Source: an uncultured Acidimicrobiia bacterium
Lineage (GTDB): Bacteria; Acidobacteriota; Vicinamibacteria; Vicinamibacterales; SCN-69-37
Assembly (NCBI GenBank): GCA_966252305.1
Contig: CBINOO010000004.1
Location: 27,066-91,065, forward strand
Direction: 5' to 3'
Length of the DNA stretch: 64,000 nt
Below are positions 38,798 to 48,078 of the stretch, piece by piece. The translations under genes and the position numbers were made by a program. Numbering within the stretch: position 1 is the stretch's first letter; every line of letters starts with the position of its first letter. The notes under the pieces were generated by a model. That model was not told the DNA's origin. It worked only from the letters and a program-made list of their open reading frames with translations, and made no database searches.

Positions 38798-39766
38798 GTG
38801 ATGTTGAAGACCCGCCCATTTTTCGCCCTTGCGTTCGCGCTGGTTGCGATCCCCCTGGCCCTGCACGCGGATGTAAAGACGCGGCAGCGCACACAAATGA
38901 AGTTCGAAGGCATGATGGGCCGCGTCATGAACATGGCCAGCGGCGGCGCGGCCGACGGCATCACAAACACGATCGCCGTGAAAGGCTCCCGCAAATCCGA
39001 GATCAACGACCGCACAGGGCGGATCATCGACCTCGCGGAGCAGAAGGTCTACGAGCTCGATATGCGGCGCAAGGAATACCGCGTCGTGACATTCGCTGAG
39101 CTGAAGGCACAGTGGGAGAAAGCCAAGGCCGACGCCGAGAAGTCGATGAAGGACGCGCCGCAGACGGACCAGGATGAGCTGGCGCAGTCAGGCAAGGAAG
39201 TAGAAGTCTCCTTCGACGTCACCGAGACGACAGAAACGCGCTCGATTGCCGGACACACTGCCAGGAAGGTCATCGTGCTCGGCACGGTGCACGAGAAGGG
39301 CAAGACCATCGAAGAAGGCGGCGGCATGGTGCTCCAGTCTGACTACTGGGTCGCGCCGCGAATTGCCGCGCTCGACGAGATCGCCCAGTTCGACATGAAG
39401 TTCATCCAGGCGGTGTACGGCGAAGACTTGGCTGTCGCGGCACAGCAGATGGCGCAGATGTTTGCGATGTACCCGAGCCTGCAGAAGCTGCAGCAGCAGA
39501 TGCAGGAAAAAGCGCGCGCGCTCGACGGCACCACGCTCGCGATGACGATGAAGACCGAGACCGTGCGAAGTGCGGAAGCGCTCGCGCAGACACCTCCTCC
39601 CCCCTCCGGTGGACTCGGTGGCGCGCTCGCACGGAGGCTTGGCGCTGGACGCAAGCCCGAACCGCGGTCGGTGCTGATGACCTCGAACACTGAGACGCAG
39701 TCCATCGACACGAGCGCGACAGATGCCGACGTGGCGATTCCGGCGGGGTTCAAGGAACGCAAGTAG
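38798..39766 (+). CDS. hypothetical exported protein
   Basis: Signal peptide MLKTRPFFALAFALVAIPLALHA is present (GTG at 38798, ATG at 38801). Composition is ordinary and no family is recognised. Confidence 0.6.
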   Translation: MMLKTRPFFALAFALVAIPLALHADVKTRQRTQMKFEGMMGRVMNMASGGAADGITNTIAVKGSRKSEINDRTGRIIDLAEQKVYELDMRRKEYRVVTFAELKAQWEKAKADAEKSMKDAPQTDQDELAQSGKEVEVSFDVTETTETRSIAGHTARKVIVLGTVHEKGKTIEEGGGMVLQSDYWVAPRIAALDEIAQFDMKFIQAVYGEDLAVAAQQMAQMFAMYPSLQKLQQQMQEKARALDGTTLAMTMKTETVRSAEALAQTPPPPSGGLGGALARRLGAGRKPEPRSVLMTSNTETQSIDTSATDADVAIPAGFKERK

Positions 39767-39802
39767 CGGCAGGTGGCGGCAGGTGACTCAGAGGAGAGAC
39801 TG

Positions 39803-41533
39803 GTGAGCGAAAAGAAGACGCGACGCACATTTTTGAAGGCGGTTCCGGCAGCGGTGGTGGGGGCGGCGGCGACCAACGTGCTGGCTCAGCAACAGGGGCC
39901 GGTGGGCCCCGTCACACGTGAAACAGTCGACTGCGCCGAGGCGATCACCGGACTCGACTTCCACTCGGCAGAAGAGGAAGCCATCGCGCGCAGCCTCAAC
40001 GGCAACCTGAGCACATATCAGCAGCTGCGGCAGATAGAGATTCCGCACGACACGGAGGTCGCGCTTACCTTCCGACCGTACCTGCCCGGCAACGAACCCG
40101 CGGGCCCGGCGACTCCTGGACGCGCGGTGCGATATTCGAAGCCGGCCGCAGCAGCCTTGAAACGTCCGGCGAACCTCGAAGATGTCGCCTTCTGGCCGGT
40201 GACGAAACTGGCCGCGCTGATCGAACGCCGGCTGGTGACGTCCACGGAACTGACGAACATGTACCTCTCACGCCTCGAGCGGTACAACCCGACGCTGCTC
40301 TTCGCGGTGACGATCACGAAAGACCTCGCCCTCCAGCAGGCTGCTGAAGCCGACAAGCTGATTGCGGCAGGCAAGTACAAGGGCCCGCTGCATGGCATCC
40401 CATGGGGCGCAAAGGACCTCTTCGCCACGAAGGGCATTCCCACCACGTGGGGCGCCGAACCGTACACAGAGCAAGTCTTCGACTTCGACGCCACCATCGT
40501 TGAACGCCTGCGGGAAGCCGGAGCGGTGCTGGTCGCGAAGCTCACGATGGGCGCGCTTGCACAGGGTGACCAGTGGTTTGGAGGACGCACGCGTAACCCG
40601 TGGAATCCACAGCAGGGCTCCAGCGGCTCGTCCGCGGGTCCTGGTTCGGCCACCGCTGCCGGTTGCGTCGGCTTTGCAATCGGCACTGAAACGCGCGGCT
40701 CGATCATCTCCCCCTCCACCGTCAACGGCGTCGTTGGTCTACGGCCCACCTACGGGCGCGTGAGCCGCTACGGCGCGATGGAACTGTCGTGGACGATGGA
40801 TAAGGTGGGACCGATGTGCCGCAGCGTGGAAGACTGCGTGCTCGTGTTCAACGCCATCTACGGTCCCGATGGACGGGACGGCAGCGTCGAGGATGCGGCC
40901 TTCACCTGGAATCCCGCCGCCCCGTTGTCGGGCTACCGCATCGGCTACGTGCGAAGCGACTTTGAGGCGTCCCAGGCGCCGCAGGGTCGCGGCGGCGGCC
41001 GTGGCGGCAACGCGCAGGCGGCAGCCGAGCGCCTGAAGAACATGCAGCAGGTGCTGACGGAATACCAGAAACTCGGCGCGAAGCTCGAGCCGGTTGACCT
41101 GCCCGACTATCCAGCCAACGCGCTGGGGTTTGTGCTGAGTGTTGAGTCGGCGGCGGCGTTTGATGATCTGCTGCGATCGCGTGGAACGGACCTGATGAAC
41201 AACAGCTCGTGGCCCGCGACGTTCCGGTCAAACCGGTTCGTGCCGGCAGTGGAATACATCCGCGCGCAGCGTATTCGCACGCTGCTGATGCGCGAATGGC
41301 ACACGTTCATGAGCAAATACGACGCGTTCATCTCGTCAAACAGCGCGGGCCTGGCCGCGACCAACCTCACGGGACATCCGGCCATCGCGCTCAAGTGCGG
41401 GTTTGTGAACAACCTGCCACAGACACTGATGGTGACGGGTCGGCTGTACGACGAGGCCAGCATCTGCCGGATCGCGCTGGCCTACGAACAGGCGACGGAA
41501 TGGAAGGACCGTCACCCGACGCTGGCTGGATAG
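39803..41533 (+). CDS. amidase-signature (AS) family amidase with TAT-type signal
   Basis: Twin-arginine motif KKTRRTFLKAVPAAVVGAAA is present. AS motifs are GIPWGAKDLFATKGIPTTWG and GSSGSSAGPGSATAAG. I chose the GTG at 39803, which follows GAGGAG. The ORF is open from 39773. Confidence 0.8.
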   Translation: MSEKKTRRTFLKAVPAAVVGAAATNVLAQQQGPVGPVTRETVDCAEAITGLDFHSAEEEAIARSLNGNLSTYQQLRQIEIPHDTEVALTFRPYLPGNEPAGPATPGRAVRYSKPAAAALKRPANLEDVAFWPVTKLAALIERRLVTSTELTNMYLSRLERYNPTLLFAVTITKDLALQQAAEADKLIAAGKYKGPLHGIPWGAKDLFATKGIPTTWGAEPYTEQVFDFDATIVERLREAGAVLVAKLTMGALAQGDQWFGGRTRNPWNPQQGSSGSSAGPGSATAAGCVGFAIGTETRGSIISPSTVNGVVGLRPTYGRVSRYGAMELSWTMDKVGPMCRSVEDCVLVFNAIYGPDGRDGSVEDAAFTWNPAAPLSGYRIGYVRSDFEASQAPQGRGGGRGGNAQAAAERLKNMQQVLTEYQKLGAKLEPVDLPDYPANALGFVLSVESAAAFDDLLRSRGTDLMNNSSWPATFRSNRFVPAVEYIRAQRIRTLLMREWHTFMSKYDAFISSNSAGLAATNLTGHPAIALKCGFVNNLPQTLMVTGRLYDEASICRIALAYEQATEWKDRHPTLAG

Positions 41534-41536
41534 GCC

Positions 41537-43420
41537 CTATCGCACCCGGATGTCCTGCGTCGCCGGTTGCCCGTCCACGAGTCGCACAGAGACCGAGGCG
41601 GGCAACAGCTGACGCAGGAACTCCGGGTCGAGAATGTCGCCCGGATCAAGATCGGTGACCGCGGCAAGGCGGTAGTCTCCTGCCGGCAGCGATCCAAAGC
41701 TGAACTTGCCATCCGTCGATGGCCGGGTCGATCGCATCCGGCGCGCATACGGCACCCAGTAGCGCTGATCTTCCGGGAAGATCACCACGGAGTACTCCGA
41801 GGACGGCGTGCCGTCAGGACCACTCATCACGCCGGTCAACATCGTGTGCCGATCACCAAACTGCAGCGTGAGCGGAGGCAACGGCGTTCCCGGCACAATC
41901 TCGAGGGGAAAGTCGAGCACGTCGATGCCCCCAGCAAGCACACTCTTGAGTTGCCAACCTTGTGCGCTGTTTGCACTAATGCGATAGCGGCCAGGCACGA
42001 TGCCGGCGACCGTGAAGTTGCCGCGCTCATCGGCCGTCGCGGACATTGAGCCCACACCCATGGAGGCCTGCGCCGGCCCGAGCGGTGACATGGTCACCCG
42101 CAGGCGCGTGGACGTCGGAGGTGCTGAAGCGCCAACAAACGTGAGTTGACCGCTGATCGACAAGCCGTCCTGCAGGCTGAGCGTCACAGCCGGAGGGAAA
42201 CTGCCGTCGACGAACACATCAGCCTGTGCCCAGACTCGTTGTTGGGAACCTGGCGGAGGGGGTGGTGGCGGAGCGGGGATCGGTCCCTGGTTTGCCTGGA
42301 GCATCTGCAACTGGCGCGTCAGCTCCTGCTGCCGGGCGGCATTCGCCGCGGCGGAATTGGAGACGTTGGCGAACGCAAACACCGTGTACTGACCGGGCAC
42401 GACCTGCTGGAACGTGAACACGCCGCTGGCGTTGGGCCGCGCCGACTGCTGATTCGCGCCAAGCGCGTAGGTCTCGGTCGAAATCAGGCGCACCTGCACA
42501 CTGGAGGGCGAGACGCCCTGCGGCGCTATCACCTGTCCGGTGATCCGCGTGAGCGGCACGCGACTCAACTGAAAATCGATCGCGGTGTGTTCTTCGCTGA
42601 TGCCGACACGAAGTTCTCTCGCCGCCTGCACCTGTGTGGTGCCCGGATAAAACACCGGCGCGTAGCCCTGCACCGGCTCACTGGCCGCCTGCGTCGGGCG
42701 CGACGTCGAGAGATCGACGTTCACGTTGTAACCCGCCGCCAGCATCGCCGCCATCTGTTCGCGTTCCACCAGTTCCGAGGTGATGACTTCCGTCGGTGTG
42801 TTCCGCGGCACGGCCGAGACGATGTAGCTGCCGGGTTGCAGGTTGTAGACCCGATAGATGCCACGGTCGTCGGTCGTCGCCGTCCCGGCCGTCGTCATGA
42901 CCCGCTCGCCCGACTGCATCATCCAGCGCAACACACGCACTGGTGTGCCAACCGAGGGGCGGTTGCGGTCATCAAACACGGCACCGGTGATGACACCGCC
43001 CTTCGCGATTTCAAACGATGCATCTTTGAGTTGCTGCCCTTCGGCCAGGGCAATGGACGTGCCCGCCCGACCCGGCTGCTTCTGACCGTACGTGCCGGAG
43101 ATGTGGCCCGTCAGACTCCCCCGCACGGTGAACGTGCCGGCAGGGAGGGCCGGAAACACATACTGCCCGTCATCGTCGGTCATCGCTGAGCGGGAGCCGC
43201 GAATCTCGGTGCCGGTCAGCGTGACCCGAACGCCGTACACCGGCTGGCCGGTTCCGGCCAGCGTGACCTTGCCGGCAACCATGCCCGTGGCCTGGGCCGC
43301 AGTCTGTCCCGTATCGCGGGACTGGTCTCTACTCTGACCTTGCGGGACAGGCACCTGAGCGTGCAGCGGGGCCAGCAGACAGAGGGCGACACTCACGGCA
43401 GAGACACGTGTGATCGTCAT
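41537..43420 (-). CDS. exported CarboxypepD_reg-like (carboxypeptidase regulatory-like) multi-domain protein
   Basis: Signal peptide is present. Repeated beta-sandwich motifs are GKVTLAGTGQPVYGVRVTLTG, LPAGTFTV, LQPGSYIV, VVPGQYTV, IVPGRYRI and LPAGDYRL. Confidence 0.7.
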   Translation of the reverse strand: MTITRVSAVSVALCLLAPLHAQVPVPQGQSRDQSRDTGQTAAQATGMVAGKVTLAGTGQPVYGVRVTLTGTEIRGSRSAMTDDDGQYVFPALPAGTFTVRGSLTGHISGTYGQKQPGRAGTSIALAEGQQLKDASFEIAKGGVITGAVFDDRNRPSVGTPVRVLRWMMQSGERVMTTAGTATTDDRGIYRVYNLQPGSYIVSAVPRNTPTEVITSELVEREQMAAMLAAGYNVNVDLSTSRPTQAASEPVQGYAPVFYPGTTQVQAARELRVGISEEHTAIDFQLSRVPLTRITGQVIAPQGVSPSSVQVRLISTETYALGANQQSARPNASGVFTFQQVVPGQYTVFAFANVSNSAAANAARQQELTRQLQMLQANQGPIPAPPPPPPPGSQQRVWAQADVFVDGSFPPAVTLSLQDGLSISGQLTFVGASAPPTSTRLRVTMSPLGPAQASMGVGSMSATADERGNFTVAGIVPGRYRISANSAQGWQLKSVLAGGIDVLDFPLEIVPGTPLPPLTLQFGDRHTMLTGVMSGPDGTPSSEYSVVIFPEDQRYWVPYARRMRSTRPSTDGKFSFGSLPAGDYRLAAVTDLDPGDILDPEFLRQLLPASVSVRLVDGQPATQDIRVR

Positions 43421-43465
43421 GGCGTTTCCACCAGCTTAGACGGTCAGGCCGTGAATCCGGATGGG

Positions 43466-45508
43466 TCAGTTGCCGCCGAAGAACTTGCGGGCAATCTGGA
43501 GCTCGTCGCCGGACTTCAGGACGGTGTCGAGCGTCAGTTCTTTGCCCTTGATTTCGACCCACACGCGCGACCCGTCGGGTTTGTCTTCCAGGCGCCGGAT
43601 CTTCCCGAGTTTGCCTTTCGGCGTCATGCCGCCCGCGTCGCGGATCGCATCGCCTACGGTCATCCCCTCTTTCCACGCGATCTTCCCGGGCTTCTTGACT
43701 TCGCCGGAGACGAATACTTCGTCGTAGACGTGTCCGAACTGGGGGGCCGTGGCGGCCTGAGCCGCGTCAGCTGGGGGCGACGGGCGGTTGATGATGACGA
43801 TGTCGCCGGGCTTTGGTGACGCCGACAATACGAACACGGTCTCGCCTGGGGCCACGGCAACATCCTGCGACGCAGGGTCTGACCGTTTGAGTTCGAGTCT
43901 CGTGCGTCCGTCCCGATTTCGAATGTGCACCATATCGCCGGCCCCGTTGACGCCGCCGGCCAACGCGATGAGCCGCATGACGGTCGAGTCGCTGGCCTCC
44001 ACGCGGTAGGCGCCCGGCCTGTTCACGTATCCCTGCACAAAGACTTGGTGCAGGACCGGCTCAGCCGCCTTCGCCTGCTGCTGCGCGGCCGGCGCCTCCG
44101 ACAGCGACGCGGCGTTCACCGCCGGCACGAAGTAGTCGAGCGCGACGGGCAACGCGGCTCGAGCCGGGGCGCGCTGGGATTCGGCATTGCGGTCGGCCGG
44201 TCTCTGCTCAACGGACTCCAACTGAAGGGTCAGCTCAGCGACCGAGATCTCGACTCGAGTCATCTCCCTTCGCAGCGCTTCCACGATCTGATCCAGCTGA
44301 TCCAGGGAGTGAGCGCCCATCGCCGCCGCCTGCTCACGCTGCTGTTGCTGCTCAGCGAGTTGCGATCTCAGCGTAGCCAGCAGGTCCGTCTGAGCCCGCA
44401 GCATCCGTCGCCGCGCTTGCCAGTCGGTGAGCGTCATCGACTGCGCGAGTTGTGTGCGCTCCTCCGCAGTGCTCTGCGGCGTTCGCACAGATGCAAACAC
44501 CGGGACCGGAGCTGCCACGAGCGGCGTGTGAGGTAACGCCGGCAGCACCGGTTCCGACGACGCCGAAGGAATTGCCAGCGACAGGATAACGATCAGCGGG
44601 AGCAGGGCGACCCAGGCGCCTTTGGGCGCCGGCGACGATGCGCCCACCGATGTGATTCTGCGAATGCGGTCGACAAGTGAGCCACCGGTTGCACCTAACG
44701 CCAGTACGGCGGGGCGATGCAGCGCGAGGGTGTGCAGTGCGGTGGCGTACGTCACGCGGTCGGTCAGGCCCAGCGCAAGATCGTCGCAGCAGAGCTCCCG
44801 GTCCTCACGCACCCGCCGCGAAATCAACCACACGGCAGGGTGAAAGAAGAACACCGCCTCCACCATCGTCTGCAGCAGGTTCACGAGGTAGTCGTGACGC
44901 CGGACGTGTGAGAGTTCGTGCGCGAGCACCGCGGCCACTTGCGCGGATGACAGGCCGGCCATCGCCGTTGCCGGCAAGAGAATGACGGGCGCGATCCAGC
45001 CGATGAGGACCGGCGCCGGCACCCGCGCGGAGAGCAGCACGCGGACCGAACGTGTGATTCGCAGCGACGAGGCGATCTCTCGCGCCTGTTCTCGCACCCA
45101 GGGCGCCACCGGCGTGACGTCGACACGCGTGAGCCGCCGCGCCAGCATCCACCCGCCGGCAGTGCGCGTGGTGAAGATGACGATGCCCAGTGCCCACAAC
45201 ACGACGATCCACTCCGATGGCAGCCCGGACGCATCGGTCTCGTGGGGCTGGGCTGCCTCTGACTGAATGCCCAGACGTGGAAGCGGCTTCAACCCTGGAG
45301 AGATTCGCGACGTGGCCACCGGTTCGGCCGGCATCTGCCGTGCGGCCGTCCACACAAACACCACCGGCATCGCGGCGAGTGTGATGACACCGGCGATATA
45401 GCGCGCTTGCGGCGACCGCACAAGGCGCTGGAACAACCAGAACGCAAGACCCAACAGCGCGCCCTGCCATACGAAGTGCACGAGTGCCCACGCAACTGCG
45501 TCAGTCAT
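43466..45508 (-). CDS. BlaR1/MecR1-like M56 peptidase-domain membrane sensor with C-terminal coiled coil and two SLBB-like (polysaccharide-export-type) domains
   Basis: N-terminal TM segments and the M56 zinc motif (AHELSHVRRHDYLVNLL) are present, followed by a Gln-rich coiled coil. The C-terminus has VFVQGYVNRPGAYRV...MRLIALAGG and VFVSGEVKKPGKIAW...VGDAIRDAGG. ATG at 45508 (GTG at 45517). Confidence 0.75.
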   Translation of the reverse strand: MTDAVAWALVHFVWQGALLGLAFWLFQRLVRSPQARYIAGVITLAAMPVVFVWTAARQMPAEPVATSRISPGLKPLPRLGIQSEAAQPHETDASGLPSEWIVVLWALGIVIFTTRTAGGWMLARRLTRVDVTPVAPWVREQAREIASSLRITRSVRVLLSARVPAPVLIGWIAPVILLPATAMAGLSSAQVAAVLAHELSHVRRHDYLVNLLQTMVEAVFFFHPAVWLISRRVREDRELCCDDLALGLTDRVTYATALHTLALHRPAVLALGATGGSLVDRIRRITSVGASSPAPKGAWVALLPLIVILSLAIPSASSEPVLPALPHTPLVAAPVPVFASVRTPQSTAEERTQLAQSMTLTDWQARRRMLRAQTDLLATLRSQLAEQQQQREQAAAMGAHSLDQLDQIVEALRREMTRVEISVAELTLQLESVEQRPADRNAESQRAPARAALPVALDYFVPAVNAASLSEAPAAQQQAKAAEPVLHQVFVQGYVNRPGAYRVEASDSTVMRLIALAGGVNGAGDMVHIRNRDGRTRLELKRSDPASQDVAVAPGETVFVLSASPKPGDIVIINRPSPPADAAQAATAPQFGHVYDEVFVSGEVKKPGKIAWKEGMTVGDAIRDAGGMTPKGKLGKIRRLEDKPDGSRVWVEIKGKELTLDTVLKSGDELQIARKFFGGN

Positions 45509-45902
45509 CGTTGCCACCTTCCTGCTCGGCCTTGAAGGCCTCGATGAGTTGTTCGATTTCCCGAAGTTCTTCGGCGGAGGTTGGTCGGGACGAGAGCGCC
45601 TGCATCACCAGCGCCGCGGCGGATCCGCCAAAGGCCCGCTGCATGAGGTCGTCCACGAGGTGACTTTGAGTGGCCTCGCGGCTGGTCACCGCGGTGTAGA
45701 CGTGCGTGCGGGAAGTTTCGTCTCGGGAGACGAGCCCCTTCTCCGCCATGATTTGCATCAGCTTGAGGGTGGTGGTGTACCCCGTTTCGCGGACGCCGCT
45801 CAGGGCATCGTGCACCTGTCGAACGGTGCTCGGTCCCTGCGTCCAGAGCACCTGGAGGATTGCAAGCTCGGCGTCGGTCGGCCTGAGCTGATTGGCTGCC
45901 AT
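45501..45902 (-). CDS. BlaI/MecI/CopY family transcriptional repressor
   Basis: 133 aa. The winged-helix N-terminus is LRPTDAELAILQVLWTQGPSTVRQVHDAL...TTLKLMQIMAEKGLV. Confidence 0.9.
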   Translation of the reverse strand: MAANQLRPTDAELAILQVLWTQGPSTVRQVHDALSGVRETGYTTTLKLMQIMAEKGLVSRDETSRTHVYTAVTSREATQSHLVDDLMQRAFGGSAAALVMQALSSRPTSAEELREIEQLIEAFKAEQEGGNDD

Positions 45903-45912
45903 GCAGGGATCA

Positions 45913-45950
45913 TACGAACTTATTCGTAGATGTCAACGAATACTTTCGTA
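45913..45950. promoter_or_regulatory. two dyad operators upstream of blaI (TACGAA-N4-TTCGTA and AACGAA-N4-TTCGTA)
   Basis: Read from the sequence. The first dyad is tacgaacttattcgta at 45913-45928 and the second is aacgaatactttcgta at 45935-50. Both lie 11-48 nt upstream of the blaI ATG at 45902. Confidence 0.6.
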
Positions 45951-45957
45951 GACCCCT

Positions 45958-46008
45958 CCGGAACCCCGGGACTTCGGGACTTCGGAACCCCGGAACTTCG
46001 GAACCCCG
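45958..46008. repeat. 8-bp tandem repeat array, about 6 units, opposite orientation (GAACCCCG / GGACTTCG / GAACTTCG, the complement of CGGGGTTC / CGAAGTCC / CGAAGTTC)
   Basis: Read directly from the sequence. It ends 1 nt before the PPIase stop at 46010. Confidence 0.9.
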
Positions 46009-46009
46009 C

Positions 46010-46540
46010 TCAAACTCTCTCGATCGTGACCTTCTGCATGACGACCGGCGTCTTCGGACGGTCCTGACCGTCAGTCGCCACGCGGCCAATCATCTTGACC
46101 ACGTCGAGGCCGTCAACGACCTGACCGAACACCGAGTGCCGGCGATCGAGGTGGGGCGTGGGGCCGAGGGTGATGAAAAACTGGCTTCCGTTGGTGTTGG
46201 GCCCGGCGTTGGCCATGGAGAGGATGCCGGCCTTGTCGTGGCGCAGGTCCGGGTGGAACTCATCGCCGAACTGGAAGCCGGGGCCGCCGTAGCCTTTGCC
46301 GAGCGGGTCGCCACCCTGAATCATGAAGCCATCAATCACGCGGTGAAAGATGATGCCGTCGTAGTACGGCTTGGTGTGCTTCTCACCCGTGCCCGGGTGG
46401 GTCCACTCGAGTGTGCCGGCCGCCAGCCCCGAGAAAATCTCGACCGTCTTTGGAGTCTTGTCCTCGAAAAGTTCAACCGTGAAGTTGCCGAGGGTGGTTT
46501 CGAACTTGGCGTAGAGACCGGGCGTCAACATGACACCCAT
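46010..46540 (-). CDS. peptidyl-prolyl cis-trans isomerase, cyclophilin type
   Basis: Contains YDGIIFHRVIDGFMIQGGDP and LSMANAGPNTNGSQFFIT. I chose the ATG at 46540, downstream of GGAGGG. The ORF is open to a TTG at 46558. Confidence 0.9.
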   Translation of the reverse strand: MGVMLTPGLYAKFETTLGNFTVELFEDKTPKTVEIFSGLAAGTLEWTHPGTGEKHTKPYYDGIIFHRVIDGFMIQGGDPLGKGYGGPGFQFGDEFHPDLRHDKAGILSMANAGPNTNGSQFFITLGPTPHLDRRHSVFGQVVDGLDVVKMIGRVATDGQDRPKTPVVMQKVTIERV

Positions 46541-46544
46541 TGTC

Positions 46545-48077
46545 TCACGACCCTCCAATCTCCTTGCGCAGTTGGTCGGCGATCAAGGCGTGCACGGACG
46601 AGGCGGGAACTTTGGCCACCCATTCCCTGGCCTTCTCGCGGTCGCCGGCCCTGGCGTAGCAGTTGGCGGCGTTGAGATAGGAGGCATGTTCCTGGTCGGT
46701 GTCTTCCTTGATCGCCGCTTCGAATCCGGCGATCTGGCTGCGGCGGAAGTCCTCGTCCACATCCGCTTTCTTCATGTCCTCAAGGTCCTTGATGGAACGC
46801 TCGACGGCGCGTTTGTAGCACCCCGACGCGCGGGCAAACCGCTGCGCGGTCTCCGGCCATTGCTGGCGCGAGAAGCCGACCAGGCCGTAGTACCAGTGGG
46901 CGATGCACTGCTGCCCCATCGGGTCCATCGCGATGGCGTCCTTCAGATCGCTCTCAGCCGGATCCAGGTCGCCCTGGTCGTACTTGATCATCCCGCCCAG
47001 CAGCAGCACCTTCTGATTGACCGACACTTTGCGTGCGCTCTCGATGTCCGCTCGTGCGTTGGGCAAATCCTTACGTTGGTAGTGTGTCCACGCGCGCCAG
47101 TAGTAGGCCTCGGCGAAGTTGTCGTACTTCGCATCGATGATCCGGGTGGCGCCTTCGATAGCCGGCACGAACTCTCCGATGTGGCCAAGGCAGATGACGC
47201 GTTGCATCGCCGCGTCCTCGTGCAGCGGCTTGAGCGCGATGACGTCTTCGTAGTGCCGGATGGCCGCCTTGCAGTCGCCCACGGTCTGCTCGAGGCCTCC
47301 GGCGGTGTACGACAGCGAGGGTGATCGCGGGAAACGGACCGCTGCGGCAGCCACGGCGTCTCGTTTGCGCTTCGTATACGCAGACGTGATCAACAGTGTG
47401 GGCTGGCGGGCGCCAATCAGTTCCACTTCCACGAATCGTGGATTCTCCACAAACAGCGGATCAAGCGCGACCATCTGCGGCGCAGGACAGGTGTAGGTGC
47501 GATACCGCACCAGCGGCGACGCATCCTCCGGCGCCTTCGGCAGAGCCTGGTTGATCTCACGCACACCAGGCCCGAGGCAATTGAGGCTGCTGGAGAGGTA
47601 CTGGACGAAGGGTGACACCGTTGCCCCGGCCATCAGTTCCTTCTGCGTCGCCCGAATGTCGGTGAGTCGAGGCGCCTTGCGATCCCATTGCCGCATCTCG
47701 CTGCGCGGCGTACCTACGTAGTCAGGCGGAATGAGCCGCGCCAGTTCGAGATACCGCTTCCCCGCATACGTGGGCGGCAGCTCGGGCAGCAACGCTTCGG
47801 CGCGCGCAAATGCGTCGGTGGGATCCACCGCGAACTCCTGCTCGCGCATGCCGATGAGCACCTCTGCCTCGAACAACTCGGTGACGATGAGCGGCCTGGC
47901 GCGACCGACGGCGACGCGCCGGAACGTGTCACGCGCCTCGATGAGGCAGTCGTAACACCCTTCCAGCACCCGTGCGCGCGCATCGGCCAGGCTGGCTTGA
48001 TCCTGCTTGCGAATCGGCGCAGACGCACACGCCGATACCATCACCGCCACAGCCGCAGCCGCCACGAATCTCCGCAT
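46545..48077 (-). CDS. TPR-repeat lipoprotein (hypothetical)
   Basis: The N-terminus MRRFVAAAAVAVMVSAC is a lipobox. TPR-like stretches are present (AEAYYWRAWTHYQRKDLPNARADIESA...). Confidence 0.65.
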   Translation of the reverse strand: MRRFVAAAAVAVMVSACASAPIRKQDQASLADARARVLEGCYDCLIEARDTFRRVAVGRARPLIVTELFEAEVLIGMREQEFAVDPTDAFARAEALLPELPPTYAGKRYLELARLIPPDYVGTPRSEMRQWDRKAPRLTDIRATQKELMAGATVSPFVQYLSSSLNCLGPGVREINQALPKAPEDASPLVRYRTYTCPAPQMVALDPLFVENPRFVEVELIGARQPTLLITSAYTKRKRDAVAAAAVRFPRSPSLSYTAGGLEQTVGDCKAAIRHYEDVIALKPLHEDAAMQRVICLGHIGEFVPAIEGATRIIDAKYDNFAEAYYWRAWTHYQRKDLPNARADIESARKVSVNQKVLLLGGMIKYDQGDLDPAESDLKDAIAMDPMGQQCIAHWYYGLVGFSRQQWPETAQRFARASGCYKRAVERSIKDLEDMKKADVDEDFRRSQIAGFEAAIKEDTDQEHASYLNAANCYARAGDREKAREWVAKVPASSVHALIADQLRKEIGGS

Positions 48078-48078
48078 G

